Shown here: piece after piece, positions 1 to 9,181 of the stretch
Position numbering within the stretch: the first letter of the stretch is position 1
Layout: each line of letters opens with the position of its first letter
From: Octopus sinensis
Lineage: Eukaryota
NCBI RefSeq assembly: GCF_006345805.1
Contig: NW_021824100.1
Coordinates: 1-20,042, forward strand
Direction: 5' to 3'
Length of the DNA: 20,042 nt
The notes under the pieces: generated by a model
The model's input: the letters and a program-made list of their open reading frames with translations, nothing else
The model's database searches: none
Told to the model about the DNA's origin: nothing
Position numbers and translations under genes: made by a program

Positions 1-449
1 ACGTCAACAAGTTCCTATCTATATGTGTATTCATGCAAAATGTCCATGAATATATTTGATAATAACCTAATAAATCCTGATGTTTATTCATCTGGAGTGT
101 ACATAAATATACTTGATAATAATCTGAAATGTCTCTATTTAGGCTATTCACTACGATGAATGCCTAATTGATGTATATAGTGCTAAATATTCTACACTAT
201 TGACTGGAGGCGAAAACCGGGAATGTTTTCCCTGACGATCATTCAACATAACGTGAGACGGTGAATCAGGAAACATACTAGTCATGTTGCTATACATCAA
301 AAGCATAAATGGAACGTGTTTACATACATATATTTCTTTCACAGTAAGGCGTCTTAATATTTAAATAAATATATTTGTTAATAGTTTGACATTTTTTCAT
401 ATACCAATGTGCTTATATAGAGTTTATATAAATATTGGTCACAAATTTT

Positions 450-703
450 GGTGCAAGGACAGTAATTTCAAGAAAGGGGTAAAGTCGAACACGTTGGAAT
501 TTGAACTCACAATGTGGGGACGGGCGAAATACTGCAAATTTCTCTCGGAATGCTAACGGCGTGCTAAGGATTCAGTTCAATTAGTACTTGTTTTATCAAC
601 CTCGAAGGATTAAAGAAAAAGTCGGCCTCAGGACATAGAGACGGATGACATGCCAATAAGTATTTTGTCCGGCGTGCTAAAGATTCTGCTAGCTCAGCGC
701 CTT
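450..703 (-). mobile_element. Two adjacent, highly decayed and partly deleted copies of tRNA-derived SINE family B
   Basis: Contains ggaatttgaactc (reverse B box), cgggcgaaatac and ccggcgtgctaaagattctgctagctcagcgcct, which match the better copies at 4531-4744 and 19292-19491. Confidence 0.6.
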
Positions 704-980
704 TGCATTCATTCACAAGCTTCCATAACAGTGCCTGCACTTCTCTACAATATCAATAAAAGTTGTTGTTAATAGGGTGATGTGTCTCACTACGTGTTCG
801 TGTGGAGTATAAAAATATATACCGCATCATAAAAGATTTAGTTCAAGACAAATACACACTCATAGGTCTTCAGTGGATAAAATAAACGCACTTTTACATA
901 CATACACATATTTATACACATCTATACACAAAAGTATAAAATACAGTAGCTTTTCGATACTCATACATTTACAGGTATAA

Positions 981-1266
<286 letters not shown>

Positions 1267-1409
1267 TACGAGTATGTAAAAATTATTCATCCACATGCAT
1301 AGAAGCATTTAGAAACGGATATACACATCTAGGTATGTGCGTCTGTGCATACGTGTGTCTGTGTATACACACACACGTAAATGCATGATTATATAAGTAC
1401 ATAGATATG

Positions 1410-1455
1410 CATATACATATACATTCACAATACACACATATATATATAGACAAAT

Positions 1456-1498
<43 letters not shown>

Positions 1499-1633
1499 TA
1501 CATTCACAATACATATATATCTATACATATATATATGTATATATATATATTATATATATATATAATAGATATAAGAGACGTATGTATATATATGTGTATA
1601 TATGTATATATGTGGATGTATATATATATTACG

Positions 1634-1701
<68 letters not shown>

Positions 1702-1930
1702 TTATATGTTATGTATATATATATATGTACGTGTGTGTATATATACATACATATATATTAATATGAATACATATATATACATATATATTACGTATATACA
1801 TATATACATGCACATATATACATATATACACATATATCTATACATACATATATATATGATTAATATATATACATACATATCTATATATATCTTATATATA
1901 TAATATATATATACATACACACACATACAA
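1410..1930. repeat. Degenerate (TA)n / TACA low-complexity tract
   Basis: Read directly from the sequence. Confidence 0.95.
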
Positions 1931-2237
1931 GTGAAACAGGCGAGAGAGAGTGACATATAAGCACGTATAGAAATACATAGCCACGTATAGAGACATCTAC
2001 AAAACACTAATAAGAGATACATTAGTCACTGCTTGTGTAGAAAGACGTGACCTTTCAGTGATATGTTGTTGAATAGGCTTTGAATAACAACTAATTAGAC
2101 GAGGTGAAATGCAATTGTCGGTAATATCTCTACTGGTCCTTTACTGAGATTGAATCAATAGACAACTCGTGTCTCTCCACAAATGTTAACGACACGATCC
2201 TCCCCCCACCCTACTTTCCCTGTTATCCTCTACTTTA

Positions 2238-2292
2238 AAGAAATAATAATAACAATAACAATAACAATAATGATAATAACACAGCAACATCA

Positions 2293-2327
<35 letters not shown>

Positions 2328-2383
2328 AATAAAATAATAATATAGTAATAATAATAATAATAATAGTAATAGTAATAATAATA

Positions 2384-2418
<35 letters not shown>

Positions 2419-2497
2419 TAATAATAATAATAATAATAAGTAGTATATAATAATAATAATAATAATAAGATAAAATAATAATAATAATAATAATAAC
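2238..2497. repeat. (AAT)n / (GAT)n trinucleotide microsatellite
   Basis: Read directly from the sequence. Confidence 0.95.
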
Positions 2498-2548
2498 GAA
2501 AGTGAAAATGATGAACTACAATCACCCCAGCACGATGTGGAAAACAAT

Positions 2549-2688
2549 TTATTGATTGTTATCGTTGTTGCTGTTATTGTTGTTATTGTTGTGTTGTTGT
2601 TGTTGTAATTGTTATTCTTGTTGTTGTTGGTGGTGGTGGTGGTGATGCTGTTGTTATTCTTGCTGTTGTTGCTTTTGTTGTTGTAGTT
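2549..2688. repeat. (GTT)n / (GGT)n trinucleotide microsatellite
   Basis: Read directly from the sequence. Confidence 0.9.
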
Positions 2689-2768
2689 TAACTGCAGTAG
2701 GACATACCTGATGGATTAGATCCCTGATCCGTATTCAACCCTTACGTTTTTTCTCTTGTCTCGGACCC

Positions 2769-2910
2769 CTCATCTTGTTTGTTGTTAACACAACGTTTCG
2801 GCTAGTAGACCCTCCAGCCTTCATCAGATGTCTTGGGGAAATCTGGAACTGGGTTCTCATTCCTAAAGTATTTTTCGATGCTGTTGTTGTTGTCGTTATT
2901 ATTATTATTT
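2769..2910 (-). mobile_element. 5'-truncated copy of the hammerhead-tailed SINE-like element (family 1)
   Basis: The reverse complement (aat-like tract, catcgaaaaatactttaggaatgagaacccag...ctgatgaaggctgg...gccgaaacgttgtgttaacaacaaacaagatgagg) aligns to 9036-9148. No tRNA head is visible. Confidence 0.85.
2787..2832 (-). ncRNA. Minimal type I hammerhead ribozyme motif, core intact (family 1)
   Basis: Minus strand reads GACAU-CUGAUGA-A-GGCUGG-agggucua-CUAGCC-GAAA-CG-UU-GUGUU. Helix I is 5 bp (2 G-U), helix II is 6 bp (1 G-U), and the palindrome AACGUU occupies helix III. Confidence 0.75.
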
Positions 2911-3099
2911 TGAGTGATTTGGCTGTTATTTCTAGAAAATCGAAATCATTCCTAAAGCAATAATGTAAATAATATAGAGTAAATTGCATTGCAATCATTT
3001 GAACACTCCAGTAACCCATAAGTTGAGGGTTATATCCCCTCTCATCTAAACAAAATATCGTGGAAGCCGCTCCTTTTGATACAATTTAACCCCAGAATA

Positions 3100-4313
3100 T
3101 ATGAAGGGTATTACCAAAGTTTGAAATTCATGCTACTTTATAATTACATTTTGTTATCTCATTATTCTAACAAATATTTCACCTAATTGTGTGAATATTT
3201 TCATTGTTCTCCATATGTTCTTTCGTCTTGCAATCTAGAAGTAATAAAACAGTTGATGTAATTGATGAGGACCGACAAAATCATAATCAGAGATCGAAGC
3301 ATCGTACTATTGGATTTTTTACTTTGAAGTAAGTAAGTGGTACCAGAGGAGATTTATAGGCAAAGTATATGCCTTGGGATCTACTCTTCATATGCGATGA
3401 TTAAACGATGGACTCTATAATGTTTCGGTAGGAGGAATTACGAACATTGGTTATGAAGACTTGTGGAATATTAATCAAGGAAAAATCCTTTGCTGTTTAA
3501 CGTTATGAAAAAGAAGAATGACAAATAGCATTGCGTGAGATTGCATACACAGCCTGGCTGTTGACTAGTTGACTGTTGATTGAATTATTCTCGAATATTT
3601 AAAGAGGCTTCCGCGCATTGAAAACCAAACATGTTGAAAATTAAGAACTGCAGGATACGATATTTTGAGGAAAACTTTAATGCATTAGAACGAAAATATG
3701 TTCAAACGGTGGTTAATAACTGCAGCTGAGACACGGATCAGCCAGAATGATCTCGAATGGGAAAAATAATCAAAACTGTGAAGGCATAAGGCTTTTCAGC
3801 TGTCCTCAAGATTCAAAGATTTAGTCAATCTATGCAAAATGATGTGCAAAATCTAGAACTCCAAGGGTGTGGTTATAAAATGAGAAAATGTCACACGAAA
3901 CACCACACACTGGTGCCTATTGACCGTTGCGAATTCACATCAGGTCAAACCTCCGTCCAGTGCTGGCTATCTGTGTGCTGCCGCTCCACAGCAATGCACA
4001 CATTCAAATGACTCTGGAACAAAAGACAGCTGGTCGTTAACGTGATTTTGAAGAGCTCTACTCACTCTACTCACCAGATCTTGTGAATTATGAAACCATT
4101 TGAAGGATAATCGGTTCTCTAGCAATGAAGGACTGCAATCGGCTTCTCGACAGACCAAGACAAGCAGTTATGTTTAAATGGAATTGAGCAGCTCTCTAAG
4201 TGATGATACAGAAAGTAATCTGATATTAACGGAAGCTTTGATTCAAAGATGGATTTGCTGAGAAATAAAATGAAAATAAAATTTAGCTCTAAACTTTTGT
4301 AAAATTCCTTCTA
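3100..4313 (+). mobile_element. Decayed full-length mariner (Tc1/mariner) DNA transposon, about 1.2 kb
   Basis: Imperfect TIRs: tatgaagggtattaccaaagttt (3100-3122) versus the reverse complement of 4291-4313, tagaaggaattttacaaaagttt. TA ends, with a transposase relic inside. Confidence 0.8.
3294..4268 (+). pseudogene. Mariner transposase pseudogene with multiple stops and frameshifts
   Basis: Collinear motif relics: KHRTIGFFTLK (from 3297), SYAMIKRW (~3388-3411), LITAAETR..EWEK*SKL*RHK..RFK..KMMCKI*NSKGVVI (frame +2, 3713-3880; cf. IVTGDETW..WDSKGVI), VLPLHSNA (3975-3998; cf. LLHDNA), YSPDL (4068-4082), NHLKDNRFSSNE, LNGIEQLSK** (cf. GIEKLPKRW). Confidence 0.85.
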
Positions 4314-4530
4314 TATCTTGTTAAGCATCTAGTTCAGCGGTTAACAAATATTCCCTCGTGGTAGCCCCAAATTTTTATCAGTATTTTCCACATCATGTAT
4401 TATACAATAATCGTATGTTGATCAGAGTATCTAAGTCAATGGTTCTGAAACCTTACGGAAAGAAAGTTTTACTATTGTAAAGAATTTCATGCAAGCACGT
4501 TAAAACGCAGATAGAAACATTCGCACTCAC

Positions 4531-4744
4531 GGCGGCGAGCTGGCAGAAACGTTAGCATGCCGGGCGAAATGCGTAGTTGTATTTCGTATGCCGTTACGTT
4601 CTGAGTTCAAATTCCGCCGAGGTCGACTTTGCCTTTCATCATTTCGGGGCCGATAAATTAAATAACAGTTACGCACTGGGGTCGATGTAACCGGCTTACC
4701 CGTTTGTGTGTCCTTTGTTTGTGGGCAATAAAGAAATAAGAAAC
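4531..4744 (+). mobile_element. tRNA-derived SINE, family B
   Basis: Head ggcggcgagctggcagaaacgttagc, B box gttcaaattcc (4605-4615), body ggtcgactttgcctttcatc...actggggtcgat. Same family as 19292-19491. Confidence 0.85.
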
Positions 4745-4994
4745 ATTCACACTCACAAAGGCACATATCTACTTTGACTCAAAGGCACACACACACACAC
4801 CGAAATTCTCATATATGGATGCAATATACAAGAAAGCTATGGTTACATGGGAAACCTCAAACAAACGAAACACACACACGCACACACACTCACTCACTCA
4901 CACACACACACATATACACATGCATAGCCATGCATACACACATGTATGGTGATACAGTGAAACAATAATCAATAAAGAAAACAAACTAGTTGCT

Positions 4995-5190
4995 CACTCT
5001 GTTAGAAATAGCAGCCAAGTTTCCATCAAATTCCAGTCTATTATCTGGATAAAATAGATGGTTGTATAGGATAATATAGTCCTAGATACACTATACCTGA
5101 AAGAAAAAGAGACGAAATAAGTAAGCCTAGACTTAGAATGCCTTCGATCCCAAACCTGCTGGATCAGAACTAAGCTAAGGTTAAACAACA
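4995..5190. repeat. Dispersed repeat, copy 1 of 2 (unclassified)
   Basis: Shares collinear blocks gaaatagca(g/a)ccaa, gataa..tagtcct(a/g)ga, cctgct.gat and ggttaaa with 5447-5625. Confidence 0.6.
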
Positions 5191-5446
5191 CATATACGCA
5201 TGCGCAGATATAGAGAAACAAACCCCAACAAAGCTACTTACTCATAGGCGTACACGCACACACAAGCACAATATGTACTTACATATACAGAAATATACAA
5301 ACACATACACACACAAATATGTGCCGCTACTTGAGGTAATGACAGTTAATTAATTTTAATTCTTCGATGATTAAGATCGTTTGATCATTGTTCTGTATTT
5401 AATTAACTCTATTAAAATCGAGTAAATGAGGAAGGCGCTACATAGA

Positions 5447-5625
5447 CACTCGATCTGATGGAAATAGCAACCAAATCTTCTTCAATTCATACCCAATCAT
5501 TTTAAACAAGGAAATAATACATTCGATAAAGTAGTCCTGGAAACCTCTACAAAGACGTGGTGGTCAATGCTGGAAAGCATGTGTACATATGCCTGCTTGA
5601 TTAAGGTTAACTTGGGGTTAAAGCA
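5447..5625. repeat. Dispersed repeat, copy 2 of 2 (unclassified)
   Basis: Same blocks at 5461-5474, 5525-5541, 5592-5601 and 5616-5622, in the same orientation as copy 1. Confidence 0.6.
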
Positions 5626-5818
5626 AAAGGAATTTCAGAATCGTTTCCGTTGATGTTGGCGTCTATACTTAAGAAATGCCTCATGACTTGTTGATAAACT
5701 TAAAACGAACAGTTCAGAAATATAAACTGTTTCCTTCTGTGGTTTGCATGTTACAAAATAGTTGTTTGTTATATGACGATTGGAGAGTATTCAAAACACT
5801 CAAAGACCATTAACTTTG

Positions 5819-5944
5819 TTAACACGTTTATCATTTGGTGTGAAAAGTTTCGTCACACCAACTGCGAATAGCAGTGGATACATGTCAGTGACCGGGTCCT
5901 AGCTGGCGTGACGAAAATTTTGATATCAAATAATGAATGTTTAA
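5819..5944. mobile_element. Foldback MITE-like element bounded by TTAA (piggyBac-type target)
   Basis: About 45-bp imperfect inverted arms (5819-5864 with 5900-5944), TTAA at 5819-5822 and 5941-5944, and differences that are mostly transitions. Confidence 0.55.
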
Positions 5945-6194
5945 GTAGAGTTATTGCGTGTCTTTGAAAGGCAGTATTTGCTTCAGTTTCAACACACGGT
6001 CTCGGCTCAAATTCCTTGTCTGACAAGTAAACCTCTGAAATATTTGCTATGTTTTCTCGGTTTTCAGACACGTGTTTTGACATACAAATTGCATATATCA
6101 AAATCTTTTGAGGACCTGGCAGGTATGTGAGCATGTGTTTTCAAATTTAACTTCGTTTGCCCCCGACCTAGAAAATAACTTCTGTCTTTTTATC

Positions 6195-6292
6195 TTTTAC
6201 TTGTTTCAGTCACTGGATTGCGGCCATGCTGACGCACCACTTTGATGGTTTTGATCGCACAAATCAACCCCAGTACTTATTTTTATGTCTGG
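6195..6292 (-). mobile_element. 3' fragment of SINE family A
   Basis: tttcagtcactggattgcggccatgctgacgcacc...aaatcaaccccagtacttat matches 9991-10060. Confidence 0.75.
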
Positions 6293-6343
6293 TATATATT
6301 CTGCGGCTTTTCTATGTGTGGGGCAAACACATACCTACATACA

Positions 6344-6344
<1 letters not shown>

Positions 6345-6385
<41 letters not shown>

Positions 6386-6396
6386 GACGCACACAC
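6345..6396. repeat. (CA)n microsatellite
   Basis: Read directly from the sequence. Confidence 0.95.
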
Positions 6397-6600
6397 ATGA
6401 TGAGAATCTGCAGTTATGTTTACCAAATTCATTCCAAAGTGGGTTCCCGAAGTTGGGTCGCAGTAGGACTTAACCCGAAACAAGTGGTTACAAAGTGATC
6501 ATCTTAAGCTCACAGGCAAGTTTGCACCCACAATATATTTCAACATCTATAAAGCTGAAATGCGAAAAAGTTGTTTGACTTCTTGGTTATTTGTCTCATT

Positions 6601-7096
6601 TTGGGATGGGAAAGTTTTAAGGGGCGGTAGATGGGGTCGGATTGGCGCCAAAATTTACACGGGGGGGGGTAGAATGGGGTGGGCAATGGTGTGAGGAGGG
6701 TTGCAAGTCGCTCAGGGCTACCGTTTGATTGCCATGGTGAGGAATATGGGAAAAAGTGAGTTTTATAGGATAGACAGGTTGTGCTGTTTGAATAATTGTG
6801 GCTTTTCGGGTTGCTGCAGAGGCTAGAGGTGGTTATCTTTAATTGTGGGTGTAAAAATTTGGGGGATTTTGGAAAGGGGGTAAAGAAGAGGGCAATAAAA
6901 ATAACCAGGCAAAGCAGGCGAACAAAAAAAGAAAAAGAGAAGGAGATAACACGCACAAAACAACACTACCACCAAAACCCGAGCAAAGCAGAGGTCAAAT
7001 TAGTTCTTTCTTATATAATCCAGATCTTTTCGTCAAAATTTCTCTGAGTGGAATTTATTCTATTCGTGCTGTAAAGCTTATTTATTCGTTGTAAGT
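6601..7096 (+). promoter_or_regulatory. Candidate Pol II promoter and first non-coding exon
   Basis: GC box GGGGCGG (6621-6627), inverted CCAAT (6641-6645), E2F-like palindrome TTGGCGCCAA (6642-6651), G-runs, an abrupt purine-to-T skew switch at about 7000 with Inr-like TTAGTT (7000-7005), and a consensus donor GTAAGT (7091-7096). Motif-based only. Confidence 0.35.
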
Positions 7097-7232
7097 GTAT
7101 TTCATTTTGTAACTCTTGTTTCTGCGTTCAAATTTCGTTGCAGCTAAACTTCAATTTTTCATTTCTTTTGTTTTATTTTGTTTTCCCCAATGTGGCATAC
7201 ATTATTAATTATTACTTACTAAAAAGGCTAAA

Positions 7233-7392
7233 AGGTGCGTGGCTGTGTGGTATGAAGCTTGCTTTCTATTCACATGGCTCCGGGTTCATGCCCACTATGT
7301 GACACATTGGGTGAATGCTTTCTGCTATAGCGTTGGGACGCCCCAATCCATGTGAGTGGATTTGACTGACGTAAACTGTAAGAAGCCCGTGG

Positions 7393-7432
<40 letters not shown>

Positions 7433-7610
7433 CTCGCGTTGTGCCTGTGTTTGTCCAACCGGTGTCGGTGTGTTTGCGCCTCAGTAACTTACCGTTTCGG
7501 CAACAAGGAGTGATAGAATAAATACTTACTTTTTAAGAAGTTAGACCTGGAATCGATTCATTCGATTAAAAACTATCTAAGGCGGTGCCCCAACATCGCC
7601 GCAGTTTAAA
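7233..7610 (+). mobile_element. tRNA-derived SINE, family A, with internal (TA)n(TG)n
   Basis: A box tggctgtgtgg (7240-7250), B-box-like ggttcatgccc, body gtgagtggatttg...aaactgtaagaagcccgt, tail aaggcggtgccccaacatcgccgcagt. Diverged inverted counterpart of 9985-10376. Confidence 0.85.
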
Positions 7611-8086
7611 AAGATAAAAAAAACATTTTTCACTACACTAATAGTATTAGAATTTTCAGTTTTAATCACTTAAACATATGTCATAACATGTAATATTCCT
7701 CGAAATATATTCGCTTTAAAATGCCAAAACCCGCTAATATATACGATTTATGACATCTTGCATCTTTATGTATACATTATTTTCTAATTTAATCATTTCC
7801 GAAAGTCATATACCGATCCTGTTGGTATTTTATATTACCAATATTTATCATGCGATTCTTATCACGCTTACCCCCACCCCAAAATCTGTTGAAGTTCATG
7901 ATGTAACGTGTTTTTGCGTCTCTTAGAACATAAGACAGTTCTCTTTTCCCAAATGAGAATATTACTACCTTTTCTAAACTGATTTTATAAAAACACTAGA
8001 TTTTCAACCACCTTCAAGCATGCATTGAAATTTTAAATTCCTATAATGTATTTGCATTCAGCCATTAAAGCTTGCCGAAGAGGCAT

Positions 8087-8329
8087 TTTAAGAGAATCTA
8101 CTCTTTTTAGTACGCATAATAATGACTGGATTCTCTCATGTGAGAATATTGATGATTTTTATATAATAGTAGAATTTTCTTAGAATATTCAAATGCGAAC
8201 CATTTTCGCGCAGGTTATAAAATATAAATTTGCTACAATTATATTCACCTTCATGATCTAAAACCAATTAAATCCGATAATTTAAGAGATTCTACATTGC
8301 TTTTAGTTATTCTCACGTGGGAATATTGA
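8087..8329. repeat. Diverged direct duplication with near-palindromic cores
   Basis: tttaagaga(a/t)tcta at 8087 and 8281 (partial at 8456); attctctcatgtgagaatattga (8130-8152) versus attctcacgtgggaatattga (8309-8329). Confidence 0.5.
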
Positions 8330-8775
8330 CAAGCTTCACTGTTCTGACCCTCTTAAAGTTTTTAGAGTTTAGCTATTCGCTAAAGAAGATTATCAAATGT
8401 AAATTTTCTACAAATGAATTCGCTTTCATCCGACTAAACTTGTTGAAATGGATAATTTAAGAGATTACGCATCCCTTAGAATTTATAATTTTCAACTTTA
8501 TACACGGATGAAAATTTATATATTGCACTTCGTTTTGAGTCCATTTTAAAGCGGATTGTGAGATTGAAGACTCAATTATTTCTTATATTCTCAAAACAAA
8601 GCGATCGATGAGATTCTCAAAGAGAATCTCTCCCATTTTAGTATGGGTAATTTTTCCCTGTTCTTTTATGAAAATTTTACTCTTTCGTCTCCACCAAAAA
8701 CGATGAAATAGTATTATTTGGGATTACCACCAATTATAAACTGTGAGAACCTAATCATAGATACATTTTTTATAT

Positions 8776-8872
8776 TATTTACATTTGACGGATATTTGTC
8801 CTCATCTTGTTTGTTGATAACACAACCTTTCGGCTGATATACCCTCCAGCCTTCATCAGGTGTATTGGGGAA
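8776..8872 (-). repeat. Inverted duplicate of the 3' end of the adjacent hammerhead-tailed element
   Basis: The reverse complement aligns nearly end to end with 9075-9172, with only scattered substitutions. Confidence 0.9.
8819..8864 (-). ncRNA. Hammerhead motif, family 1, with C15.2 changed to G (probably impaired)
   Basis: Minus strand reads UACAC-CUGAUGA-A-GGCUG-gaggguauau-CAGCC-GAAA-GG-UU-GUGUU. Confidence 0.6.
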
Positions 8873-8878
8873 GCCCAC

Positions 8879-8959
8879 GGACATATGGCGTAGTGGTTAA
8901 GAGCGGAAGCTACTAGTCCAAGAATCCGAGTTCGATTCCAGGCAGTGACCTGAATAATG

Positions 8960-9016
<57 letters not shown>

Positions 9017-9181
9017 TTTTATAATAATAATAATAATGAAAAATACCTTAGGAATGGGAACCCAGTTTCGAAATTTCCCCCCAAACACCTGATGAAGGCT
9101 GGAAGGTATAGCAGCCGAAAAGTTGTGTTAACAACAAACAAGATGAGGACAAATATCTGTCAAATGTAAATAATGTAAATA
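8879..9181 (+). mobile_element. tRNA-headed SINE-like element: tRNA head, (AAT)n, hammerhead-containing tail
   Basis: A box TGGCGTAGTGG (8886-8896), B box GTTCGATTCC (8930-8939), (AAT)n at about 8953-9037, tail 9038-9181 shared with two other copies in the window. Confidence 0.8.
9084..9129 (+). ncRNA. Hammerhead motif, family 1, with C15.2 changed to A (probably impaired)
   Basis: AACAC(9084-88)-CTGATGA(9089-95)-A-GGCTG(9097-101)-loop-CAGCC(9112-16)-GAAA(9117-20)-AG-TT-GTGTT(9125-29). Helices I and II are perfect 5-bp stems. Confidence 0.65.

Noticed and set aside
867-873. Other CUGAAGA heptamers on the minus strand (867-873, 15075-15081, 17465-17471)
   Set aside because: There is no matching helix II, GAAA or helix I partner, so they are not hammerheads.
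3967-4158. 63-aa minus-strand ORF
   Set aside because: It is an antisense shadow of the mariner transposase relic.
5853-6134. 93-aa minus-strand ORF with protein-like composition
   Set aside because: No recognisable motif, and its 3' third runs through the foldback MITE arm. There is not enough support for a CDS call.
6540-7047. Overlapping ORFs 6540-6956 (-) and 6796-7047 (+)
   Set aside because: They are explained by strong G/A strand skew and have no recognisable domain. The region fits a promoter/UTR better.
8879-8950. Possible tRNA gene
   Set aside because: A and B boxes are perfect, but the acceptor and anticodon stems do not pair properly, and it is fused to (AAT)n and a repeated tail. 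It is a SINE head.
8957-9169. ORFs over the hammerhead-tailed element (also 2735-3019, 2775-2963, 8897-9088, 9048-9233)
   Set aside because: They are short frames through a non-coding repeat. The similarity between them reflects the DNA repeat, not a protein family I can support.
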